A model generated the notes under the pieces. The model ran no database searches, was not told the DNA's origin, and saw only the letters and a program-made list of their open reading frames with translations. This document shows positions 9,646 through 18,661 of a DNA stretch of 40,213 nt, piece by piece. Source of the DNA: Methanotrichaceae archaeon (GTDB taxonomy: Archaea; Halobacteriota; Methanosarcinia; Methanotrichales; Methanotrichaceae); contig CAWDLW010000001.1 of NCBI GenBank assembly GCA_963803145.1, forward strand, positions 1 through 40,213. The letters are read 5' to 3'. The position numbers and the translations under genes are program-made. How positions within the stretch are numbered: position 1 is the stretch's first letter; each line of letters begins with the position of its first letter.

Positions 9646-11306
9646 GCCACCACAGGTTCGCCCAAGCAATTTATGCGTACAAAACCATAGCGCTCGAATT
9701 GGACTACGTTGCCGAGCTCCTTAGCGATCCCAGCCTCCCCAACTCCAGAGTCCACTCCATCAGGCCTGAGCACGCTTACAGCAATACCGCTTGTAGGAGC
9801 CCAATGGATGATTTTCATCTTTTTGGAGACCTCAGTGCCGACAAACCGTGCCTTTGCAGGCTCGATGCTTGTGATCTCAATATTGCAGAAATCCTTCAGT
9901 CTAATTCTATCGCCCCGCGTAAGGCCATCAAGATCGCTCTTGCATATGAGAACATTATTTCCGGATGGAATCTCTCTATAGCCGCGATCGATAGCAGGAT
10001 GCAAAGGCGCGTGCACATCAGCAGGCACATCTCCATCGATCTCAAGTTGGACCGGGTTCCAGACAAAAAAGTACCTGTTCGCCTCAGGATCGATTAGCTT
10101 GCGGTTCTCGGCATAAATAGAATCCATGCTGATGCTGATATCCGTTTGCCCAACTCCCAGATCTATCATAAACTTTCGGAGGGCTTCAGGCCGAATTCCA
10201 CGACAGCGCATGGCCCTGACTGTCGGCACCCTGGGATCATCCCAGCCGCTGTACTCGCCTGCCTCTATCGCTTTTCTGAGTTTGCTGGTGCTGAATGAGC
10301 CAAACTGGTGAATCTTGATCCTTCCCCAATGGATTACCCTTGGATAGGTCCAGCCCATATACCCGTACAGGTACATCTGCCTTGTCTCGCTGTCAGCCAG
10401 ATCCTTTCCTCGCAGGATATGGGTCGTTCCGAGAAGGTGGTCTTCTACTGCAGATTCGAAGTCGAGCAGAGGCCAGACGCGATACTTGTCACCGATGATA
10501 GGATGAGGAGTAGTCACGATCCTGAATGCAGGCCAATCGCGTATTGCGGGATCTTTGTAGGACATGTCCGTCTTGATCCTAAGAACCGCTTGGCCTTCCT
10601 GCAGATCCCCGTTCAGCATCTTCTTCCAGAGGTCCATGTTCATCTCGGGCGATTGATCTCTGTGGAGGCAGGGTATTCCCTTTTCCTTATGCTCCTTGAA
10701 AACCTCCTGAGCACACTGGCATACATACGCTCCACCCCTGCGGATCAGCTCTTCAGCAACATCGTAATAGTATGGAACGCGCTCACTCGCAGTTATAACC
10801 TTATCAGGTTTTGCTCCTAACCATTCGCAATCTTCAAGATACCAGCCATAGGCCTCAGGCATAGGCCGTTTCTTGACAGGATCTGTGTCATCAAAGCGAA
10901 TTATGAACTCTCCGCCGTACTTCTTTACGTACTCTGAGTTTATGATAATCCCACGAGCACTTCCGAGTGTCGGCGGTCCATTTGGATTGGGCGCAAAGCG
11001 CATGATCACTCCATTTTCTGCGCCTTCTAGCGGCGGAAGTCCCCTTTCAGGTTCCTTATGAATAGAGAGCTCAGTAATTAGCTCAGGTGCAATGGCCTCA
11101 AGCCTCTTCTGCCACTCCTCAGGGCTCATCTTTTCAACTTCAGCCAGAACCTCCGCTATCTGGGGCGTGATCTCCTTGGCCTTCGAGCGAAGCTCCGGAT
11201 GGCCACCCATGAGCTTACCCATTACCGCTCCTGCATTCGGAGCAGCTTTGTACTTCACAGCATTCTGCAGCGCATACTTCTCAATGAGCTCTCTGATATC
11301 CGCCAT
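9627..11306 (-). CDS. gltX: Glutamyl-tRNA synthetase (archaeal type)
   Basis: RFAPNPNGP, RFDDTDP, THILRGKD, GWDDPR and QFERYGF motifs. Confidence 0.97.
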   Translation of the reverse strand: MADIRELIEKYALQNAVKYKAAPNAGAVMGKLMGGHPELRSKAKEITPQIAEVLAEVEKMSPEEWQKRLEAIAPELITELSIHKEPERGLPPLEGAENGVIMRFAPNPNGPPTLGSARGIIINSEYVKKYGGEFIIRFDDTDPVKKRPMPEAYGWYLEDCEWLGAKPDKVITASERVPYYYDVAEELIRRGGAYVCQCAQEVFKEHKEKGIPCLHRDQSPEMNMDLWKKMLNGDLQEGQAVLRIKTDMSYKDPAIRDWPAFRIVTTPHPIIGDKYRVWPLLDFESAVEDHLLGTTHILRGKDLADSETRQMYLYGYMGWTYPRVIHWGRIKIHQFGSFSTSKLRKAIEAGEYSGWDDPRVPTVRAMRCRGIRPEALRKFMIDLGVGQTDISISMDSIYAENRKLIDPEANRYFFVWNPVQLEIDGDVPADVHAPLHPAIDRGYREIPSGNNVLICKSDLDGLTRGDRIRLKDFCNIEITSIEPAKARFVGTEVSKKMKIIHWAPTSGIAVSVLRPDGVDSGVGEAGIAKELGNVVQFERYGFVRINCLGEPVVAYFTHK

Positions 11307-11414
11307 GCATCTTCTCCTAATCCAAGTGGGTCACTTGCATTTTACTATTGTTTACTATTGCCATTGTAAGCAATGTTTCATCGACCAGATAATGGGCTTG
11401 ATCGCAATTATACT

Positions 11415-11837
11415 TTAAGCTGATTGTTGATTATTCATCCCTAATCTCAGTGCATCGCTTATGATCTTTTCATGATCAAATGCCAGTGCCGGTAGGTTAT
11501 CGGGTCTGAAGATTTCTGCGGATTTGGCATCAGATCCAGACTTAAGCTCACCATTTCCTTGTGCCAAATAGCACACAGAAACAATATGCCCTCTGGGATC
11601 GCGGGCGGGGTCCGAATAGACGCCCACAAGACATAAAAGATCTATATCCAAGCCAGTTTCCTCTTTTGCTTCTCTTCTGGCTGCATCTTCGGTTGTCTCG
11701 CCAATCTCCACAAATCCCCCAGGAAGGGCATAGCTACCCTCGTAGGGCGGGTTTTTCCTTCTTATAAGCACTATCCCATTTTTGAAAAATATGACAGAAT
11801 CAACTGCCAGAAGGGGAGTTCTCACAGAAAATGGCAT
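11415..11837 (-). CDS. NUDIX hydrolase (ADP-ribose pyrophosphatase-like)
   Basis: Nudix box GGFVEIGETTEDAARREAKEETG; RDPRGH and LAFDH motifs. Confidence 0.93.
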   Translation of the reverse strand: MPFSVRTPLLAVDSVIFFKNGIVLIRRKNPPYEGSYALPGGFVEIGETTEDAARREAKEETGLDIDLLCLVGVYSDPARDPRGHIVSVCYLAQGNGELKSGSDAKSAEIFRPDNLPALAFDHEKIISDALRLGMNNQQSA

Positions 11838-12061
11838 ATCAAACGACCTCTATAATTATATTCTATATGGGCGAAAGGGTTATATGAGACAAACGCCGAT
11901 GAGTTGTACGGCGAAGGTCGATTTGATATCTATCTCCCTCCTTACCCTACATCCAATCGACCTTTTGCTATACTTCCGTTTAATGCCCTTTCTTTTAGTG
12001 TCTAGCCAAAATGATAATACTTTCGATCAGTCTCAAATAGGGATTCGGATATCCCCGGTTT

Positions 12062-12670
12062 ATGCCGTTCTATGTGCTCAAGCTTGGAGGCAGCCTCATC
12101 GCTTCTGCCAAGGATCTTATGCTCAGGCTTTCTGATCTTACTGTCGAGGGCTACAGCTTCCTGGTCGTTCCTGGAGGGGGTCCAATGGCCGATTTAGTTA
12201 GAAACGTTTTTACAGGGATGCATATCTCAGAGGAGGCTGCACATTGGATGGCTATACTTGCGATGGAGCAGTATGCATACCTTCTGGCAGACGGCACAGG
12301 TGCTAGGCTTACTCAGGAGATCAGAAGATCCAATGGCTTGGAGGTCTTACTTCCGTACCATGCCCTGCTTGAAAACGATGAGGGACTCTGCCACTCCTGG
12401 GATTATACGTCCGATTCAGTAGCAGCGATTGTGGCTGCTCGGCTTGACGCTGATATTATCAAGGCGACTGATGTAGATGGTGTAATTCGGGATTGCAGAG
12501 TGGTCGGGGAGGTGTGCGCGAATGAACTCCTCGGCCGCAGAACCTGCATCGATCAGGGAATGCTGCGCCTTCTTAAAGGCAGAAGATGTTTAATCCTGAA
12601 CGGCTCAGATCCTGAAAAGTTTGTTTCCATGCTGAAGTCGGGGACAGGTGGAACGGTTATTAGAGGCTGA
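12062..12670 (+). CDS. mfnE: Amino-acid kinase family protein, probably methanofuran biosynthesis kinase MfnE
   Basis: VLKLGGS, VPGGG.MAD, AHWMAILAMEQ, HSWDYTSDS and KATDVDG motifs; next to Zn-finger and EF-1beta genes as in other methanogens. Confidence 0.7.
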   Translation: MPFYVLKLGGSLIASAKDLMLRLSDLTVEGYSFLVVPGGGPMADLVRNVFTGMHISEEAAHWMAILAMEQYAYLLADGTGARLTQEIRRSNGLEVLLPYHALLENDEGLCHSWDYTSDSVAAIVAARLDADIIKATDVDGVIRDCRVVGEVCANELLGRRTCIDQGMLRLLKGRRCLILNGSDPEKFVSMLKSGTGGTVIRG

Positions 12671-12742
12671 AGCACAGTTCTAACAGAATCGATCCATGGG
12701 AAGGTTTATACCAGGTGATACATGAACCTTGAGGGAGATAAT

Positions 12743-12913
12743 ATGAAGGAAGAAATACCAGAGCGATGCATATCGTGCGGTGTAACGCTGACCGGCGTGG
12801 GCGGAACAAGGTTCCCTTGCCCAAGCTGCGGCACTGTGATCGCAAGATGCAATAGATGTAAAAAGCAGAGCAATGTCTACACCTGCAAGAGCTGCGGGTT
12901 CACAGGTCCCTGA
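12743..12913 (+). CDS. Small Zn-ribbon protein (HVO_2753/DUF1610 family)
   Basis: Four CxxC motifs, FPCPSCG and C-terminal CGFTGP; GAGGGA ribosome-binding site before ATG 12743. Confidence 0.9.
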   Translation: MKEEIPERCISCGVTLTGVGGTRFPCPSCGTVIARCNRCKKQSNVYTCKSCGFTGP

Positions 12914-12924
12914 GGTGACTGTAA

Positions 12925-13191
12925 ATGGGTGAGGTAGTAGCAGTGATAAAGGTCATGCCTGAGGGCGCAGATGTAGATATGTCTAAGATCATGGATGCAG
13001 TTAAGGGCGCCATACCATCTTACGCCAGGCTCCATGGCATGCAAGTCATGGATATAGCCTTTGGACTCAAGGCTTTGAAGGTCGCCGTCATCCTTGGAGA
13101 TAAGAGTGGAGGAACTGAGGAGATAGAGGCCAATCTAGCCAAGATCCCTGAAGTCGAGTCAGTGGAGGTTGAAGAGGTAGGTCTCCTCTGA
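12925..13191 (+). CDS. ef1b: Translation elongation factor 1-beta
   Basis: MGEV...IKVMPE and IAFGLKAL motifs, 88 aa, GAGGTGA ribosome-binding site. Confidence 0.95.
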   Translation: MGEVVAVIKVMPEGADVDMSKIMDAVKGAIPSYARLHGMQVMDIAFGLKALKVAVILGDKSGGTEEIEANLAKIPEVESVEVEEVGLL

Positions 13192-13220
13192 ACCTCTCAT
13201 TGTTTTAGCGGGAATACTCA

Positions 13221-13292
13221 GGGCTTGTAGATCAGTGGTAGATCGCCGCCTTCGCAAGGCGGAGGCCGCGGGTTCAAATCCCGCCAAGTCCA
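13221..13292 (+). tRNA. tRNA-Ala (anticodon CGC), no intron, CCA not encoded
   Basis: Acceptor stem GGGCTTG/CAAGTCC-A with G3:U70, anticodon arm CCGCC-TTCGCAA-GGCGG, T-arm GCGGG-TTCAAAT-CCCGC. Confidence 0.97.
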
Positions 13293-13730
13293 CTTACGCG
13301 ATTTTAAAAGTTCGTTTCCTTATCATTTCCTGTTTCTTTAGCTTTCTCTACCAATTTTCCTCCCAGGTCATTAAGACAAACTCAACGGTTTGATGTAATT
13401 GATTCTACCGTGTTTTACGTTAATTGTCTTAAACCGAAATCCTTATATTCGTCTATTGTCGTAATAGTGATGAGCAAAAGTCGAACTATTTTACTCCCTC
13501 CTTTACTCGACTTTTGCTTCCCCCTCCTTTTCTATACAATTCCCAACGGGATAGTCATCAGTGTCCCTTCAAAGTCAGATATCTTTATATAACTTAATAA
13601 AATATCTTATTATGTGTCTCCGGCTAAGGAAGACTAAATCTGAATCCGAAGCTGGTTAGGAATTGTAACTGTGATGATTTAGTTGAGAATTATCCTTACT
13701 AGATCATTAAAGTTGAAATGGAGGGAAACT

Positions 13731-16700
13731 ATGATAGTAGATATACGACCCAGAGCTAAATATAAACTGACGAGAAAAGTCCGTTTTAGAACGGAATCTA
13801 TAGGACTAATTCTTGCTATCGGATTTCTCTTTGCAGTGCTGGTATTGAACAGCGCTGCCGACAATCCGGGCATGGCAACAGCTAAAAACGCATTCAATAC
13901 ATCGATTAGCGGTGTTGTTAATGTATCAGATGCCAAGATACTAAGCGCAAATGGAGCGCCCCCTGGCACCGAGCTTCACTTCAGATCGAAAAAGCCAACA
14001 CCTGCGGAGAGAACGGCAGCTGCAGAGCGTTTCAGATTTATTCACGAGTCGGTACAGGCTAAAGCAGTAGCCAGCGGCCTTACGGCCGTGCCATCAATAT
14101 TCGACCCTGGTGGGATTCCTCACTATTTTGGTCCTTATGCAAACTGGGCCAACAGCCCAATGCCCAAGGGCGCTATAACCAGCATTACTCTAGTTAGTGG
14201 AGGCAGCGGATATGTCTCTCCAGCGGTCACGATTATTGATGCTTATAACGACACGGGCGTAACGCAGCATGCAACTGCTACAGCAACTGTTAACCCAACT
14301 ACAAGAGCCATAACTGGCATTACTCTGGTGAGCGGAGGAAGCGGGTATACTGCCCCTGTCGTCATCATATCTGGCCCGCCAGGCACCGGCGCCGATGCAA
14401 CTGCAACAATAGGTAACACGGCAGCGACTCGCCTTTCAGGCGGCATACATAAATTCGTTGACTCATTGCCAAATCTGACGGCTGCGGGCGCAAACGATCT
14501 CGGACAGTATATTCCTGTTGCAGTTCCAGATAAAATTACTTATCCGAAATCGGATTATTACGAGACTGCTGTAGTTCAGTACAAAGAGAAACTGCACAAA
14601 GATCTTCCTCCAACAACTCTGCGAGGCTATGTGCAGATCGAGACCAAGGTGAATAGGGGCACAAGTAAGCATATCGCTCTGATGTACCCCAATGGAACCC
14701 CCATATTGAATTCAACAGGAGGGCAAGTCTATGCCTATGACAGGCCGAACTACCTTGGGCCAATGATTGTTGCCCAGAACGGCCGTTCCGTTCGAGTGAA
14801 ATTCCATAACTACCTACCAACTGGTGCTGATGGCAACCTCTTCATACCGGTGGACACAACAGTCATGGGGGCTGGAATGGGCCCTCTGGGGATGAATGTT
14901 CCTCCAGGCATGCCGATGAACTATACCCAAAATCGCGCAACAGTTCACCTGCATGGTGGCGACACAGTTTGGATCAGTGATGGGACTCCCCATCAGTGGA
15001 TAACTCCCGCAAAGGAAAACACACCCTACCCGAAAGGAGTGAGTGTGACGTATGTTCCAGATATGGACAACGGGAATGAACCGCCGGGCACTTTGACGTT
15101 CTTCTATACAAATAATGAGAGCGCCAGGCTGATGTTCTACCATGACCATGCCTACGGCATCACACGTCTCAACGTCTATGCTGGAATGGCCGCTCCTTAC
15201 CTTCTAACAGACTCGGTAGAACAAGATTTGATCAACGCCACCAATAAGACAGGCGTTAACCCTGGCAATTTGAAGCTTCTGCCAGATCTTGGAATTCCTC
15301 TGATCATCCAGGACAAGACCTTTGTGGACAATACAACGATCTACGGGCAAGATCCGACCTGGAACTGGGGCACAGGACCAAAAGTGAATGGAAAAATCAT
15401 AAAGGCAATGACTGGCGACTTGTGGATTCCACATGTCTACATGCCAAACCAGAATCCATATGATCCTGGCGGAGCAAACGCCTTCGGCCGGTGGGATTAT
15501 GCTCCCTGGTTCTGGCCGCCAGCCGGGGATTTGGTCCACGGACCTATCAAAAATCCCTACTACGATCCGATCAATGCGCCTTGGGAGCCACCTGTGATGC
15601 CCGCAACACCTAACCCATCAATGGGTATGGAGGCCTTCATGGATACACCCATCGTAAACGGAGTGGCCTATCCAAATATCACTGTGGATCCAAAGCCCTA
15701 CAGGTTCCGCATACTGAATGCAGCGAATGATCGATTCTTGAACCTGCAGCTCTACAACGCAACCAACATCATCAGCAACATCTCCGTTAATAGCGGAGGC
15801 AGCGGATACACCAGCCCAGGCGTCGTCATCGCTGATCCTTACGGAAGAGGCGCTACGGCTGCGGCGATAGTATCAAACGGTGTCGTTACGGGCATCCAAG
15901 TTTTAACCGTTGGCAGCAATTATTCGATTTCACCTGTTATCACCATTACAGGTGCTAACACCAGCAAGGCCACAGCTACAGCGCATGTCTATACCGGGAA
16001 GACTGAAGTCGGAATGGTCCCGGCGGTCGCTACATCCGGCTATCCGGTCGGTTGGCCGACGGATGGAAGGGATGGCGGTGTACCAGACCCGGCTACAATG
16101 GGGCCATCGTTCATCCAGGTAGGGACTGAGGGAGGCTTCTTGCCTGCGCCTGCTGTGATAAGGGACCAGCCGGTGACCTGGATTAGGGACTTCCTGCTGT
16201 TCATGTTCGGAATTGTCGACAAGCGCGCTCTCGAACTGGGGCCGGCTGAGAGAGCCGATGTAATAGTCGACTTCTCCAAGTACGCCGGAAAAACCATAAT
16301 CTTATACAACGATGCTCCGGCGGGTTTCCCGAACAATGATCCGCGCTGGGACTACTACACAGGAGACCCAGATCAGGTCGACTCAGGCGGTGCTCCGACA
16401 ACTCAGCCTGGTTATGGCCCCAACACAAGGACCATAATGCAGATCAATGTAAAAAATATTGCTCCTGCAGCCGCTTACAACCTGACCAATCTGAATAAAG
16501 CATTTGCAAAGAGCAAGGGAAAGAGGGGTGTCTTTGAGGTGTCGCAGCCGCCGATCATAGTGCCGCAGGCAGCTTATGATTCGGCCTACAACAAGACCTT
16601 CACCACCAATGTGACCAAAGAGTACGTGCAGCTCTTCCAGCACACCCATACCTTCCAGAACATCACAGGCACGAACATAACGATCAGGTTAGAGCCAAAA

Positions 16701-18242
16701 TCCAGCCACGACGAGATGGGCGCGACCTACGACCAGGACTACGGCAGAATGAGCAGCATGATGGGACTCGAAGTGCCGAACGCCACGACGCTGACCCAGA
16801 ACTTCGTGCTTTACGGATACGCGAGCCCGCCTGTCGACCTCATTAACGACTCAATGATTCCGATGACCCCGCCGTCTGGCAAGGACGGTACCCAGATCTG
16901 GAAGATAGTTCACAACGGAGTGGACTCGCACATTTTCCACTGGCACCTGTTCAATGTGCAGCTCATCAACAGAGTTGGCTGGGACGGTGTTATGGTGCCG
17001 CCTGACGCGAACGAGTTAGGCTGGAAGGAGTCAGTCAGGGTGGACCCGCTCGAGCAGACTGTCGTGGCTTTAAGGCCGGTTGCCCCGAAGGTACCCTTCG
17101 AGGTGCCCAACAGCACTCGCCTTATTGATCCGACGATGCCTGCAGGCGCAACCTTACGTGGACCTCCGCTCGGAGGGTTCTTCGACCCGATGGGCAATGG
17201 AGTTACCGTAACCAACCATCTGGTCAACTTCGGGTGGGAGTACGTAATGCACTGTCACCTATTGAGCCATGAGGAGATGGACATGATGCAGGCGCAGGTG
17301 TTGGCCGTTCCACCGGAGGCGCCTTCCAACCTCGCTGCAAACATGGTTGGCTCAGTTGTTTTGACCTGGAAGGACAACTCCGCCGGTGAGACAGGCTTCA
17401 CCATCCAGAAAGCAGAAAATGCCGGCTTCACGAAGAATCTGACGACATTCAAAGTAGGACCCAACGTAGTAACGTACACAGATACAGCGATCGCTCAAGG
17501 CATGACTTATTACTACAGGGTAGTAGCCAACAACGTTGTCGGAGACACCCAGGTGTACCCGGCTCCAGCAATCGGCTTCCCCACTGCATCTTTCGATTCT
17601 GCATACTCCAACACGGCGACAGTAACGATATCAATACCTGCTCCGACTAATCTGCAGGCATCGATCAACTCGAACCCAACACGGATTACGTTGACATGGA
17701 CTGATGCTTCCACTGTCGAGACGAGCTTTGTGGTCTGGCGCTCTGATAATAACGGAGCATACGCCAATATCGGCACAGTTCCCCGAACGCCAGCCGAGAC
17801 TGTTGCAACTGGTGGTACTGTGATCTTCAATAACATAAACACAGCGACAGCTCCGTTAGTTGCTGGTCATACGTATAGGTACCGCGTAACCGCAGTCAAT
17901 GCCGCAGCTTCATCGCTGCCCTCCAACGTGGTTACTGTATCATTCTCGGTACCAGCAGCTCCGACAGGCTTAAATGGGGTAGTTGCCAGGATCCCTGGAA
18001 ACCTGCGTCAAGACGCTGTCACATTGACCTGGATAGACAATTCCAACAATGAAAACGGTTTCCAGATCCAGCGCTCCTTTAACCCTAATTTCGCCGCTTC
18101 GACTCCGTATACTGTCGGCGCCAACGTGGTGTACTTCAACCAGAATGTACCTCGTGTAGCAACTTATTACTACAGAGTCAGAGCTACCAACGTAATTGGC
18201 AATTCAGGGTGGTCCAACGTTGTGCAAGTAATCGCAGTGTAG
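13731..18242 (+). CDS. Large exported multicopper oxidase with three C-terminal fibronectin type III domains
   Basis: Full Cu-ligand set HLH, HDH, HIFHWH and HCHLLSHEEMDM; three P.AP..L...LTW.D.S..E..F FN3 repeats; hydrophobic N-terminal segment; GGAGGGA ribosome-binding site before ATG 13731. Confidence 0.92.
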   Translation: MIVDIRPRAKYKLTRKVRFRTESIGLILAIGFLFAVLVLNSAADNPGMATAKNAFNTSISGVVNVSDAKILSANGAPPGTELHFRSKKPTPAERTAAAERFRFIHESVQAKAVASGLTAVPSIFDPGGIPHYFGPYANWANSPMPKGAITSITLVSGGSGYVSPAVTIIDAYNDTGVTQHATATATVNPTTRAITGITLVSGGSGYTAPVVIISGPPGTGADATATIGNTAATRLSGGIHKFVDSLPNLTAAGANDLGQYIPVAVPDKITYPKSDYYETAVVQYKEKLHKDLPPTTLRGYVQIETKVNRGTSKHIALMYPNGTPILNSTGGQVYAYDRPNYLGPMIVAQNGRSVRVKFHNYLPTGADGNLFIPVDTTVMGAGMGPLGMNVPPGMPMNYTQNRATVHLHGGDTVWISDGTPHQWITPAKENTPYPKGVSVTYVPDMDNGNEPPGTLTFFYTNNESARLMFYHDHAYGITRLNVYAGMAAPYLLTDSVEQDLINATNKTGVNPGNLKLLPDLGIPLIIQDKTFVDNTTIYGQDPTWNWGTGPKVNGKIIKAMTGDLWIPHVYMPNQNPYDPGGANAFGRWDYAPWFWPPAGDLVHGPIKNPYYDPINAPWEPPVMPATPNPSMGMEAFMDTPIVNGVAYPNITVDPKPYRFRILNAANDRFLNLQLYNATNIISNISVNSGGSGYTSPGVVIADPYGRGATAAAIVSNGVVTGIQVLTVGSNYSISPVITITGANTSKATATAHVYTGKTEVGMVPAVATSGYPVGWPTDGRDGGVPDPATMGPSFIQVGTEGGFLPAPAVIRDQPVTWIRDFLLFMFGIVDKRALELGPAERADVIVDFSKYAGKTIILYNDAPAGFPNNDPRWDYYTGDPDQVDSGGAPTTQPGYGPNTRTIMQINVKNIAPAAAYNLTNLNKAFAKSKGKRGVFEVSQPPIIVPQAAYDSAYNKTFTTNVTKEYVQLFQHTHTFQNITGTNITIRLEPKSSHDEMGATYDQDYGRMSSMMGLEVPNATTLTQNFVLYGYASPPVDLINDSMIPMTPPSGKDGTQIWKIVHNGVDSHIFHWHLFNVQLINRVGWDGVMVPPDANELGWKESVRVDPLEQTVVALRPVAPKVPFEVPNSTRLIDPTMPAGATLRGPPLGGFFDPMGNGVTVTNHLVNFGWEYVMHCHLLSHEEMDMMQAQVLAVPPEAPSNLAANMVGSVVLTWKDNSAGETGFTIQKAENAGFTKNLTTFKVGPNVVTYTDTAIAQGMTYYYRVVANNVVGDTQVYPAPAIGFPTASFDSAYSNTATVTISIPAPTNLQASINSNPTRITLTWTDASTVETSFVVWRSDNNGAYANIGTVPRTPAETVATGGTVIFNNINTATAPLVAGHTYRYRVTAVNAAASSLPSNVVTVSFSVPAAPTGLNGVVARIPGNLRQDAVTLTWIDNSNNENGFQIQRSFNPNFAASTPYTVGANVVYFNQNVPRVATYYYRVRATNVIGNSGWSNVVQVIAV

Positions 18243-18261
18243 GCCGATAAGCTATAGACAT

Positions 18262-18298
18262 TCGGGGAGCGATCGCCTCCCCGAGTTATCTTTTCTTC
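18262..18298 (+). terminator. GC-rich hairpin plus T-rich tract after the multicopper oxidase gene
   Basis: TCGGGGAG (18262-18269) pairs with CTCCCCGA (18277-18284), followed by GTTATCTTTTCTTC. Confidence 0.6.
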
Positions 18299-18661
18299 TG
18301 CATGATTTACAATCAAATGATGATATGGATGAGCTCTTCCCGAGATTCTATTGATTCTTTCAGAATTTTGGTTCAAATGACCAGGAATGATTTAAAATAG
18401 TTTCTAACGTATCTGTGTCTGCTATTATCGTTAGCTTCTGGAGATCTTTTGCACCTCAATGGTTAACTCAGCAATCCGAGCAGATATAAGATTATTCTCG
18501 AATAGACCATTTCTATCAATAGCATACTTATGGTTATGCCATTGGCCTATATTTTAAATAAGTTCAGCAGCTTGGAGAATCGAAGAACAATTTGCATTTT
18601 TGCTTGCCATTAATAGGGATGATATAAAAATAGTAGGTGGCACTGAGAGCCACCTCGTGAC

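Noticed and set aside
9441-10097. 218-aa ORF and the many other antisense or alternate-frame ORFs inside purB, gltX, the oxidase and the giant gene
   Set aside because: They overlap well-supported genes and show no recognisable motifs; they are shadow ORFs.
10955-10985. Non-canonical HIGH motif (PTLGSARG) in GltX
   Set aside because: As I recall, this variant is usual in Methanomicrobia GluRS; it is not a defect.
13731-13860. Twin-arginine (Tat) signal on the oxidase (LTRKVRF)
   Set aside because: There is no RR pair and the fit to S/T-R-R-x-F-L-K is poor; the export route is left undetermined.
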